The position numbers and the translations under genes are program-made. Below are positions 37,460 to 50,240 of a stretch of 64,000 bases of DNA, piece by piece. Positions within the stretch are counted from its first letter, which is position 1; the number at the start of each line of letters is the position of its first letter. Below the pieces are notes generated by a model, which was given only the letters and a program-made list of their open reading frames with translations, had not been told where the DNA came from and ran no database searches. This DNA comes from Octopus sinensis (Eukaryota): positions 10,168,001 to 10,232,000 of the forward strand of contig NC_043018.1 of assembly GCF_006345805.1 (NCBI RefSeq), written 5' to 3'.

Positions 37460-37720
37460 TGATGCAAACTCTCTGCTTATTCTGCTGGGTATGATGGAAA
37501 GTGTCAGCTGTCCACAGCCAGCAGACTAAGGTGGCACTTGTTCACTGATCGTGCTTCAAGATTCCTGCAGAGATTCCTCTTGCAGTTCCAGGCAATGGCC
37601 ATTATTCCAAGTGTTCTATCTTTAACCAGTCTCTCTGAACCGTGTCGGTAGTTGAGTGCTGATACTTCTTCAAGTACACCAATTACTATTGGTATCATGT
37701 GCACTCTCTTCATTGCCCAC
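37460..37720 (-). mobile_element. 3' end of an R4/Dong-like LINE
   Basis: IPIVIGVLEEV... RLE C-terminal motif, flanked by triplet microsatellites. Confidence 0.55.
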
Positions 37721-38380
37721 AGCCTGCGTATTTCCCATCATCATTATCATCATCAATACCACCTACACCACCACCACCCACACCACCACCACCACCACCA
37801 CCACCGTTACCACCACCGTTACCACCACCACCCACACCACCACCACCACCACCACCACCACCACCACCACCACCACTACCATCCACACCACCACCACCAC
37901 CACCACCACCACCGCCGCCGCCACCACCACCACCACTATTATTATAACCCTTATTATTATTGTTGTTGTTGTTATTGCATAGAAGTGGTTCCATAGCTAA
38001 TGAAAGTTATCTGAGGCATGGGTATTGCTTGTTTACAATTGTTGTTGTTGTTGTTTCTGTTGCTTTTGTTTTTGCTGTTGTTGTTAATTGTAGTGCCACA
38101 TAATCAAAGACTAAGACTTTGCGCCTTCCAATAATGCCTGTCCCCTTAATTCTCTGCCCAAACTCATTTTAACTGTGAGGAGCATCACAGAAGATTTTTT
38201 TTTAGAAAAAAAGGCAATTTTTCTGGTAAAATCTTGAAAAGGTATGCAAGCAACAGATGTCAACCACCTTAACTGATAATTCCAAGATCGTGTCAGTTAT
38301 CTCAACTGACTACCCAACGACACACCGACTGACCACTAACTGACCCCCACTCTAAAATGTAGAATAAAACATGGCCTTAC

Positions 38381-38419
38381 CACTTTTAGTTTCAGCAAGG
38401 ATTTCTGGAAACGGTCAGG
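38381..38419 (-). CDS. Exon 9 (PDRFQKSLLKLKV), 39 nt, phase 0-0
   Basis: Acceptor catttctcttttttattttag|, donor GTG|gtaagg. Confidence 0.8.
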
Positions 38420-38499
38420 CTAAAATAAAAAAGAGAAATGACAAATTAAGAATAATTTAAGCACACCCCACCCCACCCACACACACACGCACATATATA

Positions 38500-40070
38500 T
38501 TGGGTTGTCAAGAAAGTTCTGGCGGAATTTTTCTTTTTCTTTTTGAATAATTAGGCCATTTTTTCTGGAACATCGAATACAACATGGACAAAAAGCAAAT
38601 TCACATAGGCGCAGGAGTGGCTGTGTGGTAAGTAGCTTGCTAACCAACCACATGGTTCCGGGTTCAGTCCCACTGTGTGGCATCTTGGGCAAGTGTCTTC
38701 TGCTATAGCCCCGGGCCAACCAATGCCTTGTGAGTGGATTTGGTAGACGGAAACTGAAAGAAGCCTGTCGTATATATGTATATATATATATATATGTGTG
38801 TGTTTGTGTGTCTGTGTTTGTCCCCCTAGCATCGCTTGACAACCGATGCTGGTGTGTTTACGTCCCTGTCACCTAGCGGTTCGGCAAAAAAGAGACCGAT
38901 AGAATAAGTACTGGGCTTACAAAGAATAAGTCCCGGGGTCGATTAGCTCGATTAAAGGCGGTGCTCCAGCATGGCCGCAGTCAAATGACTGAAACAAGTA
39001 AAAGAGAGAAAGAGAAAGAGGCAAAAAAGCTGCTGAAACAGCTCGAGATATCAACGATGTGTTTGGCCCAGGAACCACTAATGAACGTACAGCACAATGG
39101 TGATTCAAGAAATTCCGTAGCAGTGACGAGAGTCTTGATGATGATAAGCATAGTGGTTGGCCATCAGATGTTGACAACAATCAACTAAGAGCCTTAGTGG
39201 AAGCTAATCCACGAACAACTGTTCAAGAGCTTGCTTCTGAATTAGACATAACATGTACGACAATTTCCAACCACTTGAAAGAGATTGGAAAAACCAAAAA
39301 TACTTGAGAAATGGGTGCCGCACGAATTGAACAACAACCAAAGAAAAATACCATTTTGAAGTGTCGTCTTCCCTTCGTTTATGCAACAAGAATGACCTGT
39401 TTCTCGACCAGATTGTGACTTGTAATGAAAAGTGAATTCTTTACAACAACAAGCGATGCTCAGCTCAGTGGTTGGACACCGACGAAGCTCCACGGCACTT
39501 CCCAAAGCCAAAGTTGCACCAAAAGAAGGTCATGGTAACTGTTTGGTGGTCTGCAGCCGGTCTCATCCATCACAGCTTTTTGGATCCAGGCGAAACCATT
39601 ACAGTGGAGAAGTACTGTCAGCAAATGGATGAAATGCATAAGAAACTCCAATAACAACAGCCAGCATTGGTCAATAGAAAGAGACCAATTCTTCTCCAAG
39701 ACAACGCTTGGCCACACGTCGCACAACTGACCCGACAGAAGTTGAACGAATTGGGCAATGAAACTCTGCCTCAGCTGCCATGCTCACCAGACCTCTCGCC
39801 TACCGATTACGACTTTTCCAAGCATCTCGACAACTTCCTGCATGAGAAATGCTTCAAAAACCAAGACGATGCCAAACACATCTTCAACGACTTCATCGCC
39901 ACCAAAACGCAGGATTTTTACCCAACTGGCATAAATAAACTTGTTTCGTGTTGGCAAAAGTGTGTTCATTCTGATGGTGTTTATTTCGATTAATAAAGTT
40001 TTGTTTGAGCCGAGATATGTGCATCTGAATTTAAAGATTAAAAACCACAAGAACTTTCTTGACAACCTAA
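38500..40070 (+). mobile_element. Mariner (D,D34D, Hsmar1-like) with a decayed transposase (ATG 38584 to stop 39993), interrupted by a family A SINE at 38608-39018
   Basis: TA|ttgggttgtcaagaaagttct ... agaactttcttgacaacctaa|TA. WVPHEL, LLQDNAWPH and CSPDLSPTDY motifs. Confidence 0.93.
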
Positions 40071-40282
40071 TAAAACACAAAGAAGAATGGAAAATTATAG
40101 ATTTTTAATTCATAATTTATAATTCATAATTTCTTTAGGTACATTTCTGATGAACAAGTGTTATGTAATGAAATGATACATTAATTCTGCACACTAATCG
40201 ATTCATACTTAATTGACAAAAGTATTTCATACATCAAGGAAACAATCAACACCTCCACATCCTTCTCAGAGATACTTCTCTC

Positions 40283-40562
40283 TCTCTATCCGCTCAGTTG
40301 AAGTTGACTCTTGGTCACTCGTTGGATCAGTGTCCTCCAGTCAGTTCTATCCTGGGCCGCTTCTTTCAGATTGGCTATGTCCATTCCGGTATCACTCTTG
40401 ATGGTGTCAAGCCAGCGGGTTCTTGGTCGGCCTCTTCCTCTCTTGCCACTGACCATTCTGAGCATGATGTCCTTCTCCAGGGATTTTCTCCGCACAATAT
40501 GACCGAAGTATGCCAATCTAGCAACATTTTCGGCCTGATCTGCTTAAGAACTTCTCCACAAG
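40283..40562 (-). mobile_element. 5'-truncated RTE (BovB-like) LINE, same family as 13835-14336
   Basis: Near-identical RT C-terminus with a small internal deletion. Confidence 0.9.
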
Positions 40563-40599
40563 AATATAGAACAGCTCTTTGCGATCCACTTGCACAGAT

Positions 40600-41110
40600 G
40601 CCAGTCATCAAATTTGATTTCGATTTTGATTTCAATTTCACTTGCCTCAACAGGTCTTCACAAGCAGAGTTTAATGTCCAATGAAGGAAAGGTATGCATA
40701 AGTGGGCTGGTTACACCCCTGGTATTGGCCACAAAGTTATGGTCTCACTTGGCTTGCCGGGTTTTCTCAAGCGCAGCACACCTCCAAAGGTCTCAGTCAC
40801 TAGTCATTGCCTCGGGTAGGCCTAATGTTCGAAGGTCATGCGTCACTACCTTATCTCAGGTCTTCCTGGGTTTACCTCTTCCACAGGTTCCCTTAACCGC
40901 TAGGGTGTGGCACTTTTTCACACAGCTATCCTCATCCATTCTCACCACATGACCATACCAGCACAGTCGTCTCTCTTGCACACCACATCTGATGCTTCTT
41001 AGGTCCAATTTTCCTCTCAAGGCACTTACACTCTGTCAAGTATGCACACTGACATTACACATCCATCAGAGCATACTGGCTTATGCATGTCCTCAACGAT
41101 CACAGCCCAT
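40600..41110 (-). mobile_element. RTE LINE ORF end plus proximal 3' UTR (parent of family B)
   Basis: QERRLCWYGHVVRMDEDSCVKKC...GRGKPRKT...LEKTRQAK*, followed by gaagacctgttgaggcaagtgaaa, which is shared with family B. Confidence 0.8.
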
Positions 41111-41908
41111 GTTTCTCTTCACAGTTTCCCTTTAGATACACAGGTTCTAAATGATTCTTTACTGGGCCTCTGAGATGGATGGGAGGGAAGGAGGAAGATA
41201 TTCTCAAATAGGAGACCTGGCTGGAATGCTTGCAACAAAGAGCCACCCTTCACTAAAGGTATCCAAGTTTCCAGGTAGCAATGTTAAACAGGGTCATGAA
41301 ACGAGCCTATTATCCAGGCAGGCCATGGCGGGATTTCAATACAGAATCTAAAGACCCAGAACAAATACTGCAAGGCATCTGCTCCAAAGTTCTTTACCAA
41401 TCCTCCACCCTGGATTGCCACTTGTTTATTGATCATCATCATCATCATTTAACGTCCGCTTTCCATGCTAGCATGGGTTGGACGGTTCAACTGGGGTCTG
41501 GGGAGCCCGAAGGCTGCACCAGGCCATTCAGATCTGGCAGTGTTTCTACAGCTGGATGCCCTTCCTAACGCCAACCACTCCGAGAGTGTAGTGGGTGATT
41601 TTATGTGCCACCGACACAGGTGCCAGACGAGGCTGGCAAACGGCCACGCTCGGATGGTGTTTTTATGTGCCACCGACACAGGTGCCAGACGAAGCTGGCG
41701 AACGGCCACGCTCGGATCCCCGTAAAGTATAAAAGACCAAGTTGACCTCAGCAAGAATTGAACTCAGAAAACAGAGAACTGGAACAATTATCACGAAGCA
41801 TTCTGTCTGATGTTCAAATTACTTTGCTAATTAGTCACCACCAGTGTTTGTTGAAAAATCTTACTCAGCCGCTCCATACGTGGGCACAGGTATATAGTTA
41901 ATAGTTTC

Positions 41909-42145
41909 AGGTGGCGAGCTGGCAGAAACGTTAGCATGCTGGGCGAAATGCTTAGCGGTATTTCGTCTGCTGCTACATTCTGAGTTCAAATTCTGCCGAG
42001 GTCGACTTTGCCTTTCATCTTTTTGAGGTCGATTAAAATAAGTACCAGTTATGCACTGGGGTCGATATAATCCACTTAATCTGTTTGTCTGTCCTGGTTT
42101 GTCCCCTCTATGTGTAACCCCTTGTGGGCAGTAAAGAAATAAGAT
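41909..42145 (+). mobile_element. tRNA-headed SINE (family C); other copies near 9490, 10520, 11720, 43800, 62750 and 63160
   Basis: ggtggcgagctggcagaa head, gagttcaaatt B-box-like motif, and conserved gaggtcgactttgcctttcat core. Confidence 0.75.
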
Positions 42146-42756
42146 ATATAGTTAATCTGATAAAGAGGATTGATGGCTTCAATAGCAGAGTCCTGAGAAC
42201 CATTGAGAACATCAGATGGTACCATCATGTTTCCAACAAAGAACTGTGTACATGCACACATCAGCCTGCAGCTTCCCAACTCATAGCTGTCTGTTGCATG
42301 CACTGGTATGGACATATCCTCCATCTCTTGCTAGGTCATTCTACCAGAGTTTTACTCTCATTCAACACAGGAACTGCAAGCTACAAGAAGCCTTGTGGTA
42401 GGCCCTGCACCAGACGGTTGGACGTAATTGGGGAAGATTTCCAGGGTCTTGATGTCACCTTGGAAGAGAAGATGCAGAGGACTAGAATGGAACCACCAGC
42501 AAGGGACCTGGTTGGCTCTACACATGATGACATGTTTGAGACCAGTAACCTGGAATGACCTCTGTCTCCCATCAAGCAAGGGCATGAAGCAAGCAAACAA
42601 GTAAGGCCAATTGAGGCCCTTATAAACATGATCAAAAGGACATTTTTACAATTAAAAGCAGATCAGGAAACGATGCTGTGAAACTGTCTTAAAATTGCCA
42701 AAGTTGTTTATTTTACTTATTCAATGGTCGAAGGGAAAACAGTTACTTTTACTTAC

Positions 42757-42825
42757 ATTTATGGCATAAGAATCCAGTTTCACAAATATCTTTTGCTTCG
42801 TTGATGCTCTTTCAAAGTCTTTGGC
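42757..42825 (-). CDS. Exon 8 (AKDFERASTKQKIFVKLDSYAIN), 69 nt, phase 0-0
   Basis: Acceptor atttataattgcag|, donor AAT|gtaagt, open frame. Confidence 0.75.
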
Positions 42826-43132
42826 CTGCAATTATAAATCAAAGATTAACGATATTAAGTAGAATTGGTGTTTTTTCTTTCAGTACATGATCTCCTAATT
42901 AGGCAAGAAGTTATTAGATAATAGACTTAGTGGAAACATTGGGGATCAGGCAGCAGGCGGTGGGGGGATGGAAGGGCTGTGTCAGCACTACACTGGTCCT
43001 CATTTTCAGCTGAATAAACTGGAGCAACAAAAAATGAAATAGCCTGCTCAAGAACATCATATGCTACTTGGTTTAGGAATTGAATTCACAACCTTTTTAT
43101 TGTGGGCTCAACATCTGAACCACTTAGCTAAA

Positions 43133-43400
43133 TCTATCTATCTATCCGCTCAGTCGAAGTCGACTCTCGGTCACTCGTTGGATCAGTGTCCTCCAGTCAG
43201 TTCTATCCTGGGCCGTTTCTTTCAGATTGGCTATGTCCATTCTGGTATCACTCTTGATGGTGTCAAGCCAGCAGGTTCTTGGTTGGCCTCTTCCTCTCTT
43301 ACCACTGACCATTCCGAGCATGATGTCCTTCTCCAGGGATTTTCTCCGCATAATATGACTGAAGTATGCCAATCTATGCTTGGTGATCCTAGCTTCTAGC
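43133..43400 (-). mobile_element. 5'-truncated RTE (BovB-like) LINE with a (GATA)n tail
   Basis: Track ORF 43142-43402, only a few substitutions from 13835-14336. Confidence 0.92.
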
Positions 43401-44590
43401 AACCTTAGCTAAATAGCATACGGGTATTCCACTGTACCGATCCTATTCTTGACTAAAATCCTTACTCACAACTCTCTAAAAATGTATTAACTCTTTTGTT
43501 ACCATATTTCTGTTGAAATCCACCGGTTTTGTTTCGGTTATTTTTAGAAATAATAAAGAATTTAGTAAAAAAGCTTTATTGTTATTAAGCTGATATTTGG
43601 CACAAAATAGCAAATTTTGATGGAAGATTAATTTAAAACAGGAAGTTTGTATCACAGAACTTGGGGGGGGGGATGCCAATCTCTGGCAGGACAGTATCAA
43701 AAGGATCAGCTCTTTTGTTACTATATTTTTCTTGAAATGCACTGGTTGTGTTTCAATTAATTTTTAAAATAAAGATTTTAGTAAAATAATTCTGCTTTGC
43801 GGTTTTTCATCTGTCACTATATTCTGAGTTCAAATTCTGTCAAGGTCGACTTTACCTTTCATCCTTTCAGGGTTGATAAATTAAGTACCAGTGAAACACT
43901 GGGGCTGATATGATCAACTTGTTCCCTCCCCCAAAATTGCTGCCTCTGGGGCAAAATTTGAAATCAATATTAGATTGATGAATATAACATGATTTAACAT
44001 AAAATTTCGGTGAAATGTTTTAAGTAAGATCCCTTTAAAAACAGGAAGCTTGTATGAGGACCAGGAGTGGTTGGAATGAAGAGTTAACCTTTTGTTTCCA
44101 TGTGTCTCTTGAAATCCTCTAACTGTTTTAATCAATTCTGACAATAATGAAGAATTTGGTAGAGTATTTTTATTATCATGCTAATGTTTGGAACATAAAC
44201 GAACAAGAAATTTTGATGGAAGGTTTTAATGTAAAACACTTCAGAACAGGAAGCTTGCATCATTGAACTCGGGGTTATTTTAGGCAGGTTGGTATCCAAA
44301 GGGTTTAATTGACGTTTGAAATATGGAAGATTTTAGATAACTTTGAAACAGGAATTTTGCTTCATAGAATCAGGTGTGATCTCAGATGTCAAAAGGGTCA
44401 CAAAGATCTAATCCTTTAGCATTTAAACCATCTATATCCAGCCCAAATATTCTACCCGTTTTATGTTCAAACTGTCAAAATTTGACCTCTTCTACCTACC
44501 CTACAATGTCATTCTAAAAATGAAAAAATTCACATCATCAAAATCTCAAGGCTCTGAGACAAAGCATGGTTAATTCAAAACAATGTGAAT

Positions 44591-44826
44591 ATGTCTTGCA
44601 AATAACTTGCACATGCAAGTGCTACCTGCCAAAAACTCCACATACTGGAAACCAGCAAATGTATGGGGTCATCAGGAGAGAGTGCGCGCTGTTTTGGGGC
44701 TTGCCTCTTGACGGCATCAATGCACACCGCCCCCCCCCCTCACTGATATGAGGTCCTGCTTGCTAGATCAACTGGTTATCAAATAAAGCTCAATATTCTT
44801 CTAGCCATCGCTCATCGTCTCTTTTT
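44591..44826. mobile_element. Unclassified ~235-bp GC-rich element, copy 1, inserted in a piggyBac-like MITE
   Basis: atgtcttgcaa ... gccatcgctcatcgtctcttttt. Homologous end to end with 56502-56733. Confidence 0.75.
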
Positions 44827-45037
44827 AACCAAATCCAGTGTCTAGCCTTCTCCACTGTAGTTTGGATATCGGTCATGGTGGTATTGACTTTACGATGAGT
44901 TAGGCCTAACGATAACAACTGTTGTCTCACACTTTTGAGAGAGTAATCTGAATGCTAAAGGTTTACTTAGTAACGTTAACTAAACTAAACCAATAATAAA
45001 TTGCCAAAAGAATAAAAAGAAACCCTGGAATACTTAC

Positions 45038-45124
45038 AAGTGCCATTGATGCTTTTTTCTGTTGTATGGATTCTTGTTCTTCCGTAAACAAGCTCTCTTG
45101 ACTTATTTCTTCAGATGGTGGAGA
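45038..45124 (-). CDS. Exon 7 (SPPSEEISQESLFTEEQESIQQKKASMAL), 87 nt, phase 0-0
   Basis: Acceptor tcttaatatactcttcag|, donor CTT|gtaagt. Confidence 0.88.
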
Positions 45125-46356
45125 CTGAAGAGTATATTAAGATTGAAGTTAAAAAAGAAAAAACAAAAAGAAAAAGGTAAAATCCCTTCCTAAGTCACGG
45201 AGACTCATAAGGGCCAGTTTCTTGGTTTCTGAGGTGTAAATATTCCCCACCTGGATGGGATAATGGTCCATCACATTGATTATACATTTTTGCCAGCTGA
45301 GTGGACTGGAGCAATGTGAAATGAAGTGTTTTGCTCAGTTCAGGAATTGAAACCACAAACTTACAATCATGAGTCCAACACTCCTAACCACTGAGCCACA
45401 CACACCTCCACCAGACTGGAGAGGGAATTCAAAGAGTTAAAAGTAGGGTTCTGGCAAGAGTTAACACTTGAGTTGTTTTCTGTTCTGCTAGGGTTCAGTT
45501 TATTAGTTAGGGACTACATAAAGGGCAATTTCTTTCGCAATTCATTTTTTTCAAAGCAGGTTTAGTTATACAATCTTTCATCTGTTATCTTTACAATGTT
45601 TCAGATGCTGTAATGGGGTGAGACTAGGGGCGAAGGGGGGGGGGGTACTGTCTTGAAGGAGTATTAGTCAAATGAACTGACACCCCAGTATTTAGTCTTT
45701 TTGTTTTACATTTGGTACTTATTCTATCAGTTCCGTTTTGTTGAACCACTAAGTTATGGGGATATAAACAAACCAACACCAGTTGTCAAGTGGTAGGGAG
45801 ACTAACAATAAACAAAAAAAACACACACACATACATATGTGTGTGTGTGTGTGTGCATGCATGTGTGTATACATTTCATGACGGCCTGTGCCCACATATC
45901 ATCATCATCATCATCATCATCGTTTAACGTCCGCTTTCCATGCTAGCATGGGTTGGACGATTTTGACTGAGGGCTGGCGAACCAGATGGCTGCACCAGGC
46001 TCCAGTCTTGATCTGGCAGAGTTTCTACAGCTGGATGCCCTTCCTAATGCCAACCACTCCGAGAGTGTAGTGGGTGCTTTTTTACGTGCCATCAGCACGG
46101 GGGCCAGTCAGGCGGTACTGGCAATGACCTCGCTTGAATCTTTTTACATGTGCCACCGGCACAGGTGCCAGTGAAGCGACGTTGGTAACGATCACACTCG
46201 AATGATGCCCTTTTATGTGCCATGGGTACAGAAACCAGTTGGCTGCTCTGGTAACGATCACACTCGGATGGTGCTCTTGGCACCCTACTAGCACAGGCAT
46301 AAGTGCCAGTAAGGTGCCGCTGGTAACGATCATACTCGAATAGCCACTCTGTCATA

Positions 46357-46393
<37 letters not shown>

Positions 46394-46438
46394 ATATACA
46401 TATGTATATATGCATATATATGTATGCATATATATGTA

Positions 46439-46498
<60 letters not shown>

Positions 46499-47415
46499 AT
46501 ATATGTATGTATGAATGTGTTTATATATATATATATTATCATCTTCATCAGTTAACATCTGTTTTCCATGCTGGCATGGGTTAGATGGTTTGGTTGGAGC
46601 TGGTTAGGCAGAAGACTGCACCACACTTCACTGTCTGTTTTGGCAGGGTTTCTACAGCTGGATGCCCTTCCTAATGTGAAGGACTTTACAGTGTATACCA
46701 GGTGCTTTTTACATGGCACCAGCACTGGTGAGGTCACCAAATAACTTGCAAGAAAAAGATCCTTCAGCTGAGAAAAGAAGTGTTATTGAGGGACTGTGCT
46801 CTATGTCAGATTATAGGGAGACAAAACCGGGTGTTTTGCTGTAGAGGAGATACATGGATACTTCAGCTGGATAGATAGATAGATAGATAGATAGGGAGAG
46901 AGAGAGGGGGTGGAGAGAGGGAGAGAGAGAATGAGAGAGCAAGAGAGATGTTGGTGATATACTGGTTATACTCTCGAGGTATGAAGGACAGGGTGAGTGA
47001 GAAGGGAACCTGAGCTATTTCTGTCTCTTTCACCATATCTCTCCAATCCTGTTCATTACACCCTACATTCCTCTCCACCCCCATTTCCTGCCGTCTATTT
47101 ACTCTCCCATCACACTCTTGTAACCACCCTAACCCTCATGCTTTCCTCTCCTGATCCACTGTCCATACCATCTCTTGCCACCCCACCATCATCCTCAGCA
47201 TTTTTTAATGTCCTGCCAGCCTCCCCTGGCACCTGTGCCGGTGGCACGTAAAAAGCTCCCATTACACTCATGGAGTGGTTGGCGTTAGGAAGGGCATCCA
47301 GCTGTAGAAACACTGCCAGATCAGACTGGACCTGGTGCAGTCTCCTGGCTTCCCAGACCCCAGACGAACTGTCCAACCCTTGCTAGCATGGAAAGCGGAT
47401 GTTATACGATGATGG

Positions 47416-47447
<32 letters not shown>

Positions 47448-48244
47448 GTCCGTGCCGGCATGGGTTGGACAGTTTGACCTGGGTTGGCAAGCTGGAATGC
47501 GGCAACAGATTCCAGTCTGATTCGCATGGTTTCTAAGGCTGGATGCCCTTCCTAATGCCAACCACCCAAGAGTGTTATGGGTGCATTTACATGCCAATGC
47601 ATGGCTCAGTGGTTAGAGCATTGGGCTCACAATCATGAGGTAATGAGTTCGATTCCTAGACCAGGCTGTGTGTTGTGTTCTTGAGCAAGACACTTTATTT
47701 CATGTTGCTCCAGTTCACTCACCTGATGAAATGAGTTGCAATGTCACTGGTGCCAAGCTGTATCGGCCCCTTTACCTTTCCTTTGGATAACATCAGTGCC
47801 ATGGTGAGGGAGAGGCTGGTATGCATGGGCGACTGCTGGTCTTCCATAAAAACAACCTTGCCCAGACTTATGCTTTCGAAGGGAACATTCTAGGAGCAAT
47901 CCCATGCTCATTGTTGACTGAAGGGGGTCTTTACCCTATGCATCTCTTCTATAGCAAGACATGTCTGTTTGTCCCTAGTATAAAGTCACCTCCCCACTCT
48001 CTCAACTACTTCCCCCACCACCACTTACTCAAGAGAGATTTTTGCTTTTCTTTGTTCTTTCCTGTTTTGCAAATTACTTGGGAACCACACAAGTGGTGAT
48101 GACATGATAAAAGTCCGCAATACTCACCATTAGGAACGGTAGTCGTCCTTAGAAACTATTGCAAAACTGACATTGCATAAGTTCAAAATTAGCATTTTAA
48201 AAGTCATAAATTAGTGCTGTAAATGCATGGTATTAGTATCACAA

Positions 48245-49252
48245 ATGTATTAAATTAGTGTCATAAAAGTGCCAGATTAGTTCCAAACAATACCTAACTA
48301 GTGTTATAAATATGTTATGTTAGTACCAGTAAGTACCAAATTAGTGTCGTAAAAGTGCCAGATTAGTTCCAAAAAGTACCTAACTAGTGTTATAAATATG
48401 TTATGTTAGTACCAATAAGTACCAAATTAGTGTCGTAAAAGTGCCAGATTAGTTCTGAAAAGTACCTAACTAGTGTCATAAAAATATTATATTAGTACCA
48501 ATAAGTACCAAATTAGTGTCATAAAAGTGCTAGATTAGTTCCAAAAAGTACCTAACTAGTGTCGTAAAAATATTACGTTAGTACCTATAAGTACCAAATT
48601 AGTGTCATAAAAGTGTCAAATTAGTTCTGAAAAGCACCTAACTAGTGTCATAAAAATGTTATGTTAGTACCTATAAGTACCAAATTAGTGTCATAAAAGT
48701 GCCAGATTAGTTCCAAAAAGTACCTAACTAGTGTCATAAAAATGTTATGTTAGTACCTATAAGTACCAAATTAGTGTCATAAAAGTGCCAGATTAGTTCT
48801 GAAAAGTACCTAACTAGTGTCATAAAAATGTTATATTAGTACCAATAAGTACCAAATTAGTGTCATAAAAGTATCAGATTAGTTCCAAAAAGTACCTAAC
48901 TAGTGTCATAAAAATGTTATATTAGTACCAATAAGTACCAAATTAGTGTCATAAAAGTGCCAGATTAGTTCTGAAAAGTACCTAACTAGTGTCATAAAAA
49001 TGTTATATTAGTACCAATAAGTACCAAATTAGTGTCATAAAAGTATCAGATTAGTTCCAAAAAGTACCTAACTAGTGTCATAAAAATGTTATGTTAGTAC
49101 CAATAAGTACCAAATTAGTGTCATAAAAGTACCAAATTAGTGTCATAAAAGTGCCAGATTAGTTCCAAAAAGTACCTAACTAGTGTCATAAAAATGTTAT
49201 GTTAGTACCTATAAGTACCAAATTAGTGTCATAAAAGTGCCAGATTAGTGTC
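48245..49252. repeat. Higher-order satellite: 21/22-bp monomers form 43-bp dimers and 86-bp units, which alternate to give a 172-bp period
   Basis: aagtaccaaattag recurs at 48331, 48417 and 48503. ttccaaaaag and ttctgaaaag alternate over nine successive units. Confidence 0.92.
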
Positions 49253-49266
49253 ATTGAAGAACTCAC

Positions 49267-49344
49267 CAAAGATTCCTCAGATGGTTCTAACTCTTCATCA
49301 AGATTTTCAGTTGATTTCTTTTCAAGTGCATGTGGTTCTTTTAA
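49267..49344 (-). CDS. Exon 6 (LKEPHALEKKSTENLDEELEPSEESL), 78 nt, phase 0-0
   Basis: Acceptor ttgtcttttaattcttcag|, donor TTG|gtgagt. Confidence 0.88.
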
Positions 49345-49549
49345 CTGAAGAATTAAAAGACAAATGGAGAATGGTGCATTTGCAATGAATTGCAGATTAG
49401 CAAGTAACTGTACTTTAGCAGATGGTGGTGCAACAACAGATGCATGTGCACTGACAGGTTATGTTGCACCAACGTGCAATGGTGCACAGTGCATAAGCGA
49501 ATATGCAGGCCATGGCATCATTACAATGGTAACTGAAGGAGAAAGAGGG

Positions 49550-49945
49550 GTTGTAGTAGGAGGAGGAGGAAGAGGTGAAGGAGAGAAGGATATAACAGAA
49601 AGAAAGGAGAGAGGGAGGAAGAGGAAGAGGAGAGGGAGGAAGAGGAAGAGGAGGGGAGGAAGATGAGAAAAGGATTATAAGAGAAAGAGGAAAAATAAGA
49701 AAACGGAGGAAGAGGAAGAGAAGAAGGTGGAGGCAAAAATGATGAAGAGAAGGAAAAGGAGGAGAAAAAGGAAAAGGCAGAAGAGGAAAAGGAGGAGGAG
49801 GAGGAGGGGGTAAATGCAGAAGAGGGAAAGGAGGACAACAACAAGGAAGAGGAAGGAGGGAGGGGAGAAGGAGGAGAAGGGGAGGAAGATGAGGAGGAGG
49901 TGGAAGAGGAAGGAGGAGAAGAAGAAGAAGAAGAAGAAGAGTATA
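49550..49945. repeat. Homopurine-rich (GAG/GAA) tract in the intron between exons 5 and 6
   Basis: Direct reading. Confidence 0.9.
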
Positions 49946-50192
49946 GCAGCAGGAGGGTGAGAATGAGATGGAGTGGAAAGGTATGTGACAGCTAGCTCCG
50001 CCTGTGAAGGGCAGTTAACTCTAACTCTTCTATTTCAGTATCCATTGGAGTAACAGAGGACATGATGATGATGATGTTGATGATGATGATGTTGATGATG
50101 ATGATGTTGATGATGATGATGTTGATGATGATGATGTTGATGATGATGATGATGAGGAGGAGGAGGATTAATCCAAAGACTCAGTCACTTAC

Positions 50193-50240
50193 CACATATG
50201 TTTCAGAAGGAAACTTCTTAAGTTCTGGTTTCTTTTCTCT
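50193..50240 (-). CDS. Exon 5 (REKKPELKKFPSETYV), 48 nt, phase 0-0
   Basis: Acceptor tcttctgtttctttctag|, donor GTG|gtaagt. Confidence 0.85.

Noticed and set aside
49364-49666. Cys-containing plus-strand ORF
   Set aside because: It arises from the TGCA-rich intronic segment plus a purine tract, and no domain is recognisable.
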